A DNA stretch of 64,000 bases from Octopus vulgaris (taxonomy: Eukaryota), in contig OX597833.1 in the NCBI GenBank assembly GCA_951406725.2, forward strand, positions 60,388,001-60,452,000, read 5' to 3'. Each line of letters begins with the position of its first letter. The stretch's first letter is position 1. The notes under the pieces are model-generated. The model saw only the letters and a program-made list of their open reading frames with translations. It did no database searches and was not told where the DNA came from. The position numbers were made by a program, and so were the translations under genes. Shown here one piece after another: positions 1 to 13,536 of the stretch.

Positions 1-529
1 TTCTTCATACATCAACATGTTCTCACAACAACATTAAATTTCTCCATTCTTTTCTTTCATTTTTTGTTCTTCTCATTCTTCCTTCCCTGTTTGTTCTTGC
101 TTATCTTTCTTCTCTTCTTCTTTCATCAAAAACAAAATGTTTCAAAAGAGAAGAGAGACTGTGACCCCAACAGGATTCTAGCAATAAAATATTGCCGACA
201 TCAGATGAAATATTCTAAAAGATGTTAGTGAAATAGAGTGAGTGACATTATATGTGTTTAATGCAAATGTCGTTATTTAAGTCAACCTGTTGGAGTATGT
301 GCAGTCTTTCTCAGAGGCAGAATTGGGTAAGGTGGGGACCTGATGATTATCTTCCATTTGATTTTGGGTGAGGTGCTTGCTGTGGTTATGGATCTCCAGA
401 TCCCCCAATGCTGACATGGGTTGGATAGATCTGCGAAGTTTGCCTCACCACAGCCTGTCCCATCTGAATCCTACTGGCTTTTCATCGCTACCCTGACTTC
501 AAATCTCTGACAGACACACTATATCCACT

Positions 530-1310
530 CGCAAGCATGGAAAAGTGGGTGTCCAAATTATGATGATGATAATGGTGGCTATTCGTAATTAAATGTTGGG
601 AATATATTTTGCTGTACCATTCCTCTTGAAGTGTATTTACCGTTGCAGGACAAGGAGGTAAGTTATCCTCGTGCCTACATCTTAAGGAGTGCATATGCTG
701 CAAGAATCTTCTCTTGAAGCACTTGGTTTTCCTTCCTCTGTAGTGATTTGTAATACCATTGTGGGGTGTGAGGATGGTCCTATAAACCATGGCTTTCAAG
801 TGGCAGAATGATTCTGGTGGTTGCAGGTGGGATGGAGATTGTATGGATGTGTTTGCCTCTCTTATGGCATGCAATGTTGTCTAAACATGAATAGATGACT
901 TTAACATTATGAGAATTAGAAAGTGTATGGAATCTAGGAAAATGTTGCTTAAGATCAGAGAGCTCCTGGTTGTATTGGTAAAAACATTTATGTTGCATGG
1001 TGGATTATACCAGATGACCTTTCATTTTTTCTGCTGATACTTGTAACCAAGTTTTTCAATTTCAGTTGGGGGATGGTGCAATGCAGACCATTTTCTCTGG
1101 ATTTTCTGCAGTGGTAGTATTTACCTGTCTTGAAGTTTAGGATAACATCTAAGAAATTGAGCTTTGTTAAGTTGGTGGAGACAGTTATTGATAGGCTGAA
1201 ATCTTTGAAGATGTTAATGAACTTCTTCCTAAACTTGTGTCATAACTGCTCATATAGCAAGAGATAGCCAGACCATCATCCCTGAATAGGGCCAAACTGA
1301 CCTTTTTCTT
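530..1310 (-). mobile_element. Penelope-like retroelement fragment (RT C-terminus to GIY-YIG), decayed
   Basis: Minus-strand remnants LFRDDGLAI, NFLDVILNFKTGKY, VIWYNPP, NVKVIYSCLDNI, MVYRT...FKRRF.QH, with frameshifts. Confidence 0.75.
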
Positions 1311-1460
1311 TCCTTTAAAAATCAGCACGAACTTTCCGGACAACCCAATAGTAAATGGGTTTGTACTTTATTTACTACTGCTGTATTTGGCTGATTCGTG
1401 AATCAGAAAGTTTCATGTCACACACATGATTATTTATATTTTTTTTTTTAAATCTTTTTT

Positions 1461-1829
1461 TTTTACTTGTTTCAGTCATTTGACTGCGGCCATGCTGGAG
1501 CACCGCCTTTAGTCAAGCAAATTAAACCCGGGACTTATTCTTTGTAAGCCCAGTACTTATTCTATCAGTCTCTTTTGCCGAACTGCTAAGTGACGGCAAC
1601 GTAAACACACCAGCGGGGAACAAAGACAGACACACAAACATACACACACACACATATATATATATACAATGGGCTTCTTTCAGTTTCCGTCTACCAAATC
1701 CACTCACAAGGCTTTGGTCCGCCCGAGGCTATAGTAGAAGACGCTTGCCCAAGATGCCGCGCAGTGGGACTGAACCCGGAACCATGTGGTTGGTAAGCAA
1801 GCTACCTACCACACAGCCACTCCTGCGCC
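1461..1829 (-). mobile_element. tRNA-derived SINE family A (octopus OK-like)
   Basis: Head GGCGCAGGAGTGGCTGTGTGG...GGTTCAGTCCC (A/B boxes), internal TA/CA microsatellite, tail GACTGAAACAAGTAAAA. Many copies in the window. Confidence 0.85.
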
Positions 1830-1865
<36 letters not shown>

Positions 1866-4800
1866 TACACACTGCCCTAAGAATGCAACTGACAACTGGG
1901 GGTTATTTCCAATACTGAGCAGTAATTTTACCAAATTTGTAAAATCTGCTGTTGTGGAGCTGCAGTTGCCATGAAAACCATAGTATTGGGTGTTTTGGTC
2001 ACCAAGCACATATTCTTTCTAATATGGAAAGGAACCAAAAATACATAGTGTCAATTTGGTAGTGGTTAATTCCAAAGTGACAGGCAAATAATAAAGACAA
2101 GATTTTTTTTTTTGTTTTTTTAACTTTTAGGATTGGGACCTCAAATTGATAAAAATCAAAATGTTTTCGCCAACATCTGCAACTGAAATTCAAACTCAAA
2201 ATTTAAATTGAGAAAGACGAAATTTCTCATTGATTCAGATTTAATATCTTTGTAAGAACATTTTTTTAAAACTAATCAGAAAATTTTACGTTTCATGGTT
2301 TTATAAATTCAATTTGATCATTGAAATTTTTAACATCATTTGACATCTTTTCCATGCTTGCATTGGTCAGGCAGAATTTAAGGAAAATTTTCTACCTCTG
2401 GATGCCCTTCTAGTCATTGACCTCCACCTGTTTCCGAGCCAGGTAGCATTTTGTCCACAGCTGGACATTTTTTAAAGGAAGACTGGAAACAAAACAGACT
2501 TGTATGACAATGCTCATTTACAACCACCACTTGATGTCAAGACAAGGGTAACAAACATACATACACACACATTTTATATATATATATATGGGGGCTGCCC
2601 AGATCGGAGCAATCTCAAGATTAATCAGCCGAAATTGCGAAGATGATCCGGTTCTTGACTGATGATTGAGGGCTTCGAATGTCCCGTCCTGTGTTTCTTG
2701 TGTCGTCTTCTAGGTGTTTCACGTTCTTGTCCCAGTTTGTATACTTTTTTACATATATATATATATATATATATTAGTAGTAACAGAAAAGGAGGAATTT
2801 CAATTATTCCCACATGGTTAGTTGTAATTTCATATATATATATATACATACATACATATATATATACAATGTGCTTCTTTCAGTTTCCATCTACCAAATC
2901 CACTGACAAGGCGTTGGTCAGTTTGGAGCTATCCTATAGTTCCAAACTGACCAAAGTTAAATTTTGCACAAGGGACTGAAGTGAAGACCACATGGTTGGG
3001 AATTAAGTTTCTTAAACTACAGAAATTTAAAATTTCTTTGGAAATTCTTCTCCATGCAAACAATGTCAAAAAAAAAAAAAAAAAAAATTCCAAAAGTGGA
3101 ACACTTTACCATTCTTCTTTTATTTATACATCATTTTTTTCTTCTTTTGTTTTTTGTTTTTCTTTTTTTTTCTAGAGCGTCTTCTGTTATGGAGTTTTCT
3201 GTATTTTGTTTCGTTTATCCAAATCTCAAAATCAAAATGATGTGAGAAAATAAATGAACAATCAATCAAAACGTGGAATTAGAATACGAGAAATAGCAGG
3301 AGGAGAATACCAAGCAGAGTTAAGTTTCTAAAATAAATAAGAAATTTTTAAAAATAATTAAACTTTTTCTTCATCTTACTTGACAAAATTCATTGGTTTT
3401 TTTTTTTTTTTTTCAGAGATTTAATATTTTTTCTGACTGGAAGATTTATTTTTTAAGAAATTGGAAAATTAAAAAAAAAAAAATTAAAATTGGAAAAAAA
3501 AAAAAAAAAAAAGTGAATAAAATTTGAGAAAATGAGTGAATATTTTGTGATTTGATCAGCTTTTTAAAGCAAAAAACATTTTGACAAGCTTTTTAACAAT
3601 TTTTGTTGGGTCTAAGTTGGGGGGTGGGGGAAGGGGGTGATAAAGCTTCTTGAGTTTATTGTGAAGAGGACACAAGGAAGACTTGATACTAAAAGAGAAG
3701 AGCTGTCGGAAAGAGAGAGAGAGAGAGAACGGAAATAAGAAGGAGAAGTAGTTTAAAAAAATAACTGATATATTTGAAAGTGAAAAAATAGAGTAAAATC
3801 TGGAAAAAAGATGTTGTCAAGATGTAAGGTTCTAAAGTTGAATGTGGATGGCAAAGGTTATACCAAACAGTCCCAAGATGACAACTGACTGCACTCACAG
3901 ATTTGGCCAATACTGATTTGTACCAACTAGTTTGTTGTTTTTTTGTGCTTTAACAGGAAGAGAAGGAAGGAAGGAAGGAAGAAGAAACGGTAAGTAACTA
4001 GAACTGAGGAAACGTAGCTTTTAAGTTTGGAGCCACTGAGCTAGGTTTTTGTTATGGGGATAGGGGGGGCGAACTGTCCAGAATAGAAGGAGGGGGAACG
4101 TTTAGTCTAAAAGATGTGGTCAGGTCGTCGAGAATAACTAAATGTAAATGAGACGAAGAGGAGGAGGAATTAATAAAACTAGAGGAACGAAAAGGTAAAA
4201 GTTCACATCAGTTTATAAAGGTAGAAATATTGTAATGTTGAAGAGATTTCGTTACAAAGAAAGATTTTTTTTTTAGAAATAAAGTCAGTTTGTACAGAAT
4301 TGATTCAATTCAAGGTGTGTGTATGACTGTGTGTGTGTATGTTTGTGTGTGTTTTTGTTATGGAGGGGGTTTTTTGAATTATTAGAAGATAAACAAAGAG
4401 CAGAAGGTCAGGGAAAAAATAAAAAATAAAAAGGATTTTTGCATTCAATGATTTCCCTTTCGTTGATCAAAAAAACCAAAAACTACTTCAACAACAATTC
4501 AGGTACAATTTATCAAATTGAAAACTCCCATGTTTAATGTCCATCATCTAAGTGCAATAATATATTGCAATCTTCCTTTTGTTGAGTCTTTTTTGTGATA
4601 AATATAAACGGCTAACCAATCATTTCTTAGTTTGTGTTAGAATGACTCTCAATATACAGAAGGGAAACTGTAATGAAACCTCATCTTTCGAATGGGAATT
4701 ATCAATTCCCTATGTTTTGCCATCGACAGCAGTGATATGTATAGGTTTAGCAAGACCTGCAGGGTTTCTCGAAACATAGAGAAACATTCTGAAAAAAACT

Positions 4801-5815
4801 GCTTATGAAATATTGTTGGAAGCTAAAAAGGCAAAACATAGGGAATTACTGAGGGGGAAAGAGAAATAACAGCCAAGTAGACATTATTTCAACAAACTTG
4901 TATCACTTCAAGTGAAATGGTGGTACTCTTTAAATTGTAGTACCTCTCATTTATGGCACACTTCAAACTGTGGCACACTTTAAGACAGCTTCCATCCCTT
5001 GCTGAAAGTAGCAAGACAGTGCTGAGCTACAAAGATGGAATGCTCCGTTATAAAAGGAACAAATTCACCAAACAGACTTACAGCCACAACATCAACACAT
5101 GACCAACTAATTTATAAGAGAACCTAATCACTTATGAAATGACCTCAGACCATTCCTTGGTGACCTTTCGGACAAGAAAAAAAAAATAAAAAAATTTACA
5201 AATGTTTAAAAGATATTTTTGTAGTAAAATTATCAAAGTTAATTTTCATCACCACCACCATCATCATCATCATCATCATTATTATTATCAGTCATCAACA
5301 TCATCTTAAAAATAAGAATTCATGTCACTTTAATAAATCATTAAAACTGAACCCTAAACACTGCAAGATATCAGGTTTCCCCCAAAGATTTTTTGTGTTC
5401 TTCAAAAGAAATTGTTCTATGAAAGAAGAAGAAGTCGACAGAGAAGAGGAGGAATTGATCCGTTTTCCATTTGCTATGTCAAAGGATTTATCACGGAGAA
5501 AGTTTTGTTTATTTTTAAAAATCATTTTATTTATTTTAGGTCTTTTTTTTTTTAGATTTTTAGATTTCAGATATTTTCAATCTGACAGTTGAAAATATTG
5601 TGTAAAGAGGGGTGAGAGGTAGGAGAAAGAAAGGGGTTAGTTTGGCTGCAGAGGTCGACTTTTGACCTGGGTCACTTAATATTACAGGAGAAAGCACATT
5701 ATCTCAGAGATTAACAGTGGAATTAATGCTACCATCGATCACCTTAATAATGAGGAGAAAAAGAAGGGCAATGCTACACATTGGCAGATGTAGGGGAGTC
5801 TATTAGTGCCTAGTG

Positions 5816-6904
5816 TATTTATTTATTTTTATTTTATTTTATCTAGTTTCAGCTCACGAGCTGTGGCCATGCTGGGGCACCGCGATTTGGTGCCGTGAAG
5901 TTGGTTCATCCGGGACACCTGACAGGAAGAGATCCAGTCCTACTTTAAAGACATCCGCATCCACCCCATGCAGGTCCCTCAAGTTCTTCGGGAGGATATT
6001 GAAGAGCTGTGGGCCTCTGAAGCCCAGGCTATCACAGTATCTTGTCCTACATCTTGATGGCAAATTTGGAGTCCTTGGCACCACGCAGTGGCACCCAGTT
6101 CTGGCATTTGTGTAACTCTCGATGCCAAAGTTTGGGACAAGTCCTTCCAGATGTATATTATGGCAAATCTTTCTCGCCTACACTCCAAGGAATAGAGTTT
6201 TAATCTCTGGAGTCTTTCCCAGTAGCTTATATGCTGCACAGAGGCTATCTTCTTCGTGTAGCTTCGTTGGATCGCCCCAAGTTCTGTGATCAACTTGACA
6301 CTGGATGGTGACCATAGCTGAGAGCAATAGTCAAAGTGGCTTAGGACAAGTGTCCTCCAGAGGACCATCATGGTTTCTTGTTCTAAAGGTTCTAAGAATC
6401 CATCCGGCCAGCCGTCTACATTTCATTGCCAATTTAGCAACATGTACATGAAAGGTTGCGTCATCACTCATGTAAATACCCAGGTCATGCACTGATTGTG
6501 CCTCTAGGATTGCAATCCCTCCGGGTCCAGTGTATTCATTGGGTATTGCATTTAGTTTTGCATGCTGATAGCATAAAGCTTGAAACTTTTCAGCATTGAA
6601 CTACATGCTATTCTTTTCAGCCCACTTGTGTATTTTGTCCAGCTCACATTGCAGGTGCTTAGTGTCTTCAGGGTTCTGTATTGCCTGTGAAACTTTTGTA
6701 TCATCTGCGTAACTTGTGATCGTGGCTCTCTGCGTGGCTGAGGGCATGTCTGAGAGGGCCATTATGAACAGTAGTGGTCCCAAAACAGTGCCCTGCGGAA
6801 CACCGCTCACTATTTGCGTGTTAATGGAAGTGGCCCCATTGGCTACTACCACCTGACTTCTATCCTTCAGAAAGTCATGAAGCCATTCTCCCAATTTTCC
6901 AACT
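5816..6904 (-). mobile_element. CR1-clade LINE, 5'-truncated
   Basis: RT motifs SGVPQGTVLGPLLF and YADDTK, plus DYCSQLWSP and LYSLECRRER. Ends in an (ATAAA)n tail. Confidence 0.9.
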
Positions 6905-7485
6905 ATGTATGACTGGTACTTATTTTATCAGGCAATGATGATGATGATGATGATGATAATTTCATTCAAAATGGCAGAGAATTATTTACATAATTGTTTC
7001 AAAGTGTGTTTAAACAGAGACAGACAGACAGACAGACAAACAAGAGAGGAGGAGGGAAGAGAGACAGGGAGGAAAGAAGAAACAGAGAAGTAGAGGGGTT
7101 AATGACATCAAAAGTAGCTACAATTTATTTTTTTAATGTTGTATTCAGTTTTGCTATTCTTGACTGAACTGATCCCTTTAAAACCAAGGGTCGGGGGGGC
7201 GGGGGAGGTGATAACATTGATCTGTCACCCTATCCAATCACCATAATACCTACTAATAAACTAGACATTAGATCTCCCAACTGCACCAGAGCTTTGCTTT
7301 GCCTCCCACCCTAAGCTATGTACCAGTAATACAATGTGGGTTACTTTCAAAAGAACTATTTGCTCCTCATCTCACCTCACACCTTGAGAAACAAGTAAAA
7401 ATCCCTGACCAGGATTAAAGAATTATTTCTTTTGGCTAGTTTCAGCAAATAAATTGTGTGTGTGTGAGTGTGTACAAACACATAT

Positions 7486-7702
7486 ACTCTTTTACTTGTT
7501 TCAGTCATTTGACTGCGGCCATGCTGGAGCACCACCTTTAATCGAGCAACTCGACCCCGGCACTTATTCTTTTGTAAGCCCAGTACTTATTCTATCGGTC
7601 TGTTTTGCTGAACCGCTACTAAGTGACGGGGACATAAACACACCAGCATCGGTTGTCAAGTAATGCTAGGGAGACAAACACATACACACAAACACACACA
7701 CG

Positions 7703-7752
<50 letters not shown>

Positions 7753-7914
7753 TATGACGGGCTTCTTCCAGTTTCCGTCTACCAAATCCACTCACAAGGC
7801 TTTGGTCGGCCCGAGGCTATAGAAGACACTTGCCCAAGGTGCTACGCAGTGGGACTGAACCCGGAACCATGTGGTTGGTAAACAAGCTACTTACCACACA
7901 GCCACTCCTGCGCC
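7486..7914 (-). mobile_element. SINE family A
   Basis: Full-length copy with the same head and tail as 1461-1829. Confidence 0.85.
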
Positions 7915-7925
7915 TATGTATATAT

Positions 7926-7992
<67 letters not shown>

Positions 7993-8079
7993 AGTTGTTT
8001 CTGCAGTTATGACAGCTGAAGTTAAAACTGAACTATATCAAACAACCCCACAATGCTTCAGTATATAGCTGTCATTTCC

Positions 8080-8282
8080 ATGTGACATTGCTGTAAAAGG
8101 TGTGACATTACTGCAGGGTGTCATTACTGTAGGATGAACAACATTACCACAGAAGGTCCAACATCACCGCAGATGATGTGACATCACTGTAGGAGGTGTA
8201 ACATCACTGCAAGATGTGTGACATTACTGTGGAATGTGTGACATAACTGCAGGACAAAATGGCATTACTGCAAGGCATGTAA
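8080..8282. repeat. Degenerate ~20-bp minisatellite
   Basis: Repeated GTGTGACATTACTGCAGGA-like units. Confidence 0.7.
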
Positions 8283-9381
8283 CTACCCATCTGTTTTAAC
8301 ATTACCACTGTATAATGTCAGCTACCTCATTTGGGACCCACGGCTTTGAGTTCAAATCCTGTCGGGCTCTGACAACTGACTGAGTTTGTTAAAGTGCTTG
8401 CCTGGTAATTTGTGGCTCAACTATTCAAATCCTCTCTCTTCCACTGTACAGTGTCTCTGGCTCAGTGACATAGATGTAAATTAGCACCATGATGAAGTAA
8501 AGCTCACCTTTCTACAACAAACAAATACTATTTCATTTGCTTGCAGAACTGGGTTCAAATTCTGACATAGGCTAATGGGGATAAAGGGTCAATAAGAATA
8601 AACAGAACACCAGCAGGAACATCATCATCATCAACATCATTATTATCAAACAGTCTGTTACAACCACAACTGAGATCTCCCACAACACTTCAATTTCACT
8701 AATTTCTTCTCCAACAAAATAACAAAAAAAAAAAAAAACAAAAAAAAAAAAAACCTCATGAGCCTAATTCCCAAAAGCAGCAACTAATGAATAGACCCAT
8801 AGCTTGATGAGAAGTGTAAGGTGAAGTAGACCCTGATGTGGGGGCTCAGTTGTGACTGTGTCGGAGATGGGAAGGGATCAACATGGACAGATTAGGGGGG
8901 GGAAAAAAAAACAAAAAAAAAACAGCAGTTCCGATAAGAGAATATAATACTGTGTGGTGAGGGAGGCGGTGTTGTCGAGGGACATCGAGAAAGAAGAGAA
9001 GTGGGGGGGAAGCAGCAGCACTTTGTCTCACACCACAGCTAGACTGGATGAATTGGTGGACCGCGGTTTCAAATTGAGGTCACAGCAGTAGAGGAAGGAG
9101 ACAGTTTGTTTTTGTTTTGTTTTTGCTGTGGTGAGAGTAGATAACTATGGCAACGGAAACGTCAGACAAGCTGGAGGGGGGCGGGGGAGGGTGATATAAA
9201 AATAAAAATATCGGGGGGTGGGCACGGGGTGGGAGTGGGGACAGTAGACGAGATTAAATGACATTAAATCAATGCTAACGAGAGACGATTTCACAGTTCA
9301 ATTCTTCTTGCTGTTCAGTTTTTAATACTGCAAAAGATCATTTGATCTGATGCTATACCAATTCTACCAGTCACCTTTATA

Positions 9382-9416
<35 letters not shown>

Positions 9417-9429
9417 AATAATAATAATG

Positions 9430-9464
<35 letters not shown>

Positions 9465-9704
9465 GAGGAAGGTTTAAGTAGAGCAGCAAAATTAACTGGT
9501 ATACAATGCGGAGAGAGGGGCCCCGTTACAGGTGTATCCATGGCAACAGCAGATGTACTTCTTGCTGTACTGTAGTTTCCATGGCAACAGTTGTCACCTC
9601 AAGTAGTGGCTATGCTTTAAGATATATCCTTGTAACCACGGTAATTAATGATTGTCATAAGAAATGGCATTTGTCTATGCTTAACAGCTTTTGAAAGATG
9701 TTGT

Positions 9705-9865
9705 TGCAGCCATGGTAACAACAGCTACATCAGTGCAGCCATGGTAACAACAGTTACATCAGTGTAGCCATGGTAACAACAGTTACATCAGTGTGGCCAT
9801 GGTAACAATAGTCACATCAGTGTAGCCACGGTAACAATAGCTATATCAGTGTAGCTGTGGTAACA

Positions 9866-9867
<2 letters not shown>
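9705..9867. repeat. ~29-bp minisatellite, 5-6 copies
   Basis: Units of GCAGCCATGGTAACAACAGTTACATCAGT. Confidence 0.85.
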
Positions 9868-9908
<41 letters not shown>

Positions 9909-9915
<7 letters not shown>

Positions 9916-10204
9916 ACAGACCAGTCCATCAGATGTAGTTACACATCGCTGGTCACAATGCGTTCGCATTGTTTTAGCCTTCGAATGGCGCCACCCCACT
10001 GGCTAAGCGAGCAGGCCAACAGAAGAAAGAGTGGGAGAAAGAGTAGTGAAAGAGTACAGCAGGGATCACCCCCCCCCTGCCGGAGCCTCATGGAGCTTTT
10101 AGGTGTTTTCGCTCAATAAACACTCACATCGCCCGGTCTGGGAATCGAAACCGCGATCCTACGACCGCAAGTCCGCTGCCCTAACCACTGGGCCATTGCG
10201 CCTC

Positions 10205-10207
<3 letters not shown>
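9909..10207 (-). mobile_element. tRNA-derived SINE family D inserted in (TA)n
   Basis: Head GGCGCAATGGCCCAGTGGTTAGGGCAGCGGACTTGCGGTC...GGTTTCGATTCCC with A/B boxes, followed by a non-tRNA body. Flanked by (TA)n. Confidence 0.8.
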
Positions 10208-10253
<46 letters not shown>

Positions 10254-10720
10254 TTAAAGGAAGATTTTTCTACTAGTTTTAAAGTATTTAGAAGGAGGAA
10301 TGTGTAGTGGGGAGCAAGGAGAAATAGAAAGAAGGAGAGGCACCCACAAGATGCATGGTGGGTAAGGAATTGGAATTAGTGATTTGGTTCAACTTAATGT
10401 CTGACAAGAGACCCATCACCGAATATGATGATAGTTACAGCTGTTGTTTAGCTCCGAGTCAATGGCGGGTTCAGTAGACCTATCCATAATCAGATATGTC
10501 CCAGCCATGACCATCCTGTCTTTCATTCATGTTTTGTGTATCTAATATTTGCCCAAAGGTGACAAGGGTAAGGATGGAGTATTGTGGGAAATTTTGCTGC
10601 TATTTCTAACAGGTCAAGCAACCACTTTAGAGTTGTCCTTATGTTGGTTGTACAAGTAGTACGAAGAGAGAGAGAGAGAGATAACATATCTAGAGGGGTA
10701 GCAGAAGGGTAACACATCCA

Positions 10721-11157
10721 CACAGCCCTGACATGTATAGAGTAAACTAAAGCTCCCACATGATTGGACATTCTGAATCCTTCTGTGACGTACACCACAG
10801 AGACCAAGAGCAGTGACAGGGTGCGGCTTTAGTGTCACACTGTGTATTGAATATTCATTTTCTCACAGCCCTGACATATATGTATAGAGTAAACTAAAGC
10901 TCCCACATGATTGGACATTCTGAATCCTTCTGTGACATACACCACAGAGACCAAGAGCAGTGACAGGGTGCGGCTTTAGTGTCACACTGTGTATTGAATA
11001 TTCATTTTCTCACAGCCCTGACATATATGTATAGAGTAAACTAAAGCTCCCACATGATTGGACATTCTGAATTCTTCTGTGACATACACCACAGAGACCA
11101 AGAGCAGTGACAGGGTGTGGCTTTAGTGTCACACTGGGTATTGAATATTCATTTTTC
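10721..11157. repeat. Three tandem ~145-bp repeats
   Basis: Units start at 10721, 10864 and 11011 (CACAGCCCTGACAT...) and are nearly identical. Confidence 0.92.
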
Positions 11158-11374
11158 TCTTTTTTGTCCTCCCAAGACACACAAAAACACACATACATAT
11201 ATAGACAGACAGATGTATCTCTCTCTCACCTCACACTTTATGGGAGAAATATATAATGAATGTGACAGTAAGCAGAGAGTGACAATAACCAGAGTTTGAA
11301 CGAAATACATCTTTTGTCTTCTTCGTTATTATATTGTATGACTAAAGCAAACAAGAAGCATGTGGAGCAGGGTA

Positions 11375-11411
<37 letters not shown>

Positions 11412-12091
11412 CCTTTCTATTATGAGCACAAGACCTGAAACTTGGAAAGGAACTAGTCGATTACATCGGGCCCAGCGTTCCATTGGTACTTAATTTATCG
11501 ACCTCAGCAGGATTTGAACTCAGAACATAAACACAGACAAAATGCCACTATGCATTTTGCCTGGTATGCTAAAACTTCTGCCAACTTCCTTAAATCCTTA
11601 AAATCCTTAAAAATGTTTTCGCCCGAAGGCCACGGCCATGCTGGGGCACCACCGCTGTTGACTTTATAATAACCCTTTCTACTATAGGCACAAGGGCCTG
11701 AAATTTAGTGGAGGGGATTAGTCCATTACATTTACCCCAGTGTTTCACTGGTACTTAATTCACTGATCCCCAAAAGGATGAAACGCAAAGTCGACCTTGG
11801 TAGAACTTGAACACGGGACAAAGATAGAAGAAGTGTTTCTAAGAATTCTGTCAGGCATGCTAACAATTCTTGCCATCTTCCCACTTTGGTAATAGTAGCA
11901 ACAATATTTTTCTTCAGACTGTGGTTGTAAGTATGGTGGGATATTTTTTCCCCCAGTGTATCACTGGTATTTAAACATCCATCCACCTTGTCGTGTCAAC
12001 CACAGCAAGAATTTGAAACCAGCAACTTGGATATTTGTAAAAAGACCCTTGTCTGATATACTGCACTGTGATGTCTCATTTATGACAGATC

Positions 12092-12124
<33 letters not shown>

Positions 12125-12779
12125 GGTGATGATGATAATAATAACAGTAATTATGATAATGGTTTCTGCATAAGACTGTATGACAATATGTGGCTAATTG
12201 GAATAGGGTGGGGGGTGGGGGTCACAGACTACTAAAAATAATAACGATGATGATGATGATGATGATAACAGTGATGATTTCTCACATAGGCACAAAGCCA
12301 GAATTTATGGGGGAAGGGGGATAGAATTGATTATATTGACACACCCCAGTATATAACTGATACTTTTATTAGTTCGAGGACACTCCAAACCCTCTCCTGG
12401 AACAATGAAAGGCAAAAATTAACAGTGGGTGGTTGGGTGGTCAAGGGAGTTCTCTGCCTTTTTGTTCTTCCATAATAATAATAATAATTATAATAATAAT
12501 AATAATAATAATAGTAATTTCTTAAATTGGCACAAGGCCTGAAATGTGTAGAGGAGGAGGAGGAGGAGGATGTGTAGTAAGAAAACCAACCAGCAAAACT
12601 GGCAGCAGGTTATAATGATACCTTTTGTTAGGAGAAAAGGGGGGAGTTCAGGAAGAAAGGCCATCACCATGACAACCGGGGCCATCTCTGGATTTACATT
12701 TGAAAACTGCCAGCTTTGAAGTACTGGGCTTGTTCTTTATTTTGTTATTATTATTGTTATTGTATTCATTCAATATGAT

Positions 12780-13200
12780 ATCTATATATATATAGTTTGT
12801 ATAGTCTCTCTTTTTATATATATATAGTATCTATATATATATATATATAGTCTGTGTATATACATATATATAGTCTATATATATTTATATATATAGTCTG
12901 TATATACTCTCGTTAACACATGCACACACACATACTTGCATGCATGCCCACACCTGCCAAAGTGTGGGTGTTCTCTATGTACAGCTACACATGCACATGT
13001 GTGTGCGTGTGTGCATGTCAACATGCGCGTGCGCACACGCATACACACAAGCACGCACACACACACACACACTCGCACGCACGCACACACACACACGTAG
13101 TCGACACAAATGGATACATGCATACACGCACGCACACACACACACACACGCACTTGCACTTATATATATATATATACACACATACATACATAGATACAGA
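12780..13200. repeat. Compound (TA)/(CA)/(CG) microsatellite in Cbl 3' UTR
   Basis: Alternating purine-pyrimidine tract beginning ~90 nt after the stop codon. Confidence 0.9.
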
Positions 13201-13292
13201 GCTGTGTGATTGTGTGGGCGTGTAGTATCGTTAACTGTTTTGTGTCCCAGCCGCCCTGCCGTACGCATGTGTAAGTGCAACAGTTTTTTGCA

Positions 13293-13536
13293 CTAATTTC
13301 GTTTGACGAAAGTCTCTAGAATTTCTTCAGCCATCTTGAGATCGTTGCGTGCTACTCGGAGTGCGTCAACGACCCGGACTTTATCATAGCCACGCGACAC
13401 TAAATCCTCCACAAACTCCTGGTTGATGCTGTTGTATGAACTTGTCTCTGTGTTTTCTTTGTTGTTGTCCTGTCGTTCCCGGAGTCGCTCGCGCTGGATC
13501 GGGACAGCACCAGCCTTGTGATGGCACTCGGACTTT
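13293..13536 (-). CDS. Cbl: Cbl last coding exon, UBA domain
   Basis: Phase-2 entry after cattccag; reads ...[44 protein letters not shown]. This matches the Cbl UBA pattern (L..GY...AL.VA.N....A.EIL..F). Confidence 0.93.

Noticed and set aside
2655-2690. CTGATGA...GAA hammerhead-like motif
   Set aside because: No GAAA core or pairable stem II/III; part of a TA-flanked repeat.
10130-10205. tRNA gene
   Set aside because: A/B boxes are present, but the acceptor stem does not close and a SINE body follows.
12875-13280. His/Thr- or Cys/Val-rich ORFs
   Set aside because: Translations of (CA)n/(TG)n microsatellite; the same applies to the many YIYI/HTHT ORFs.
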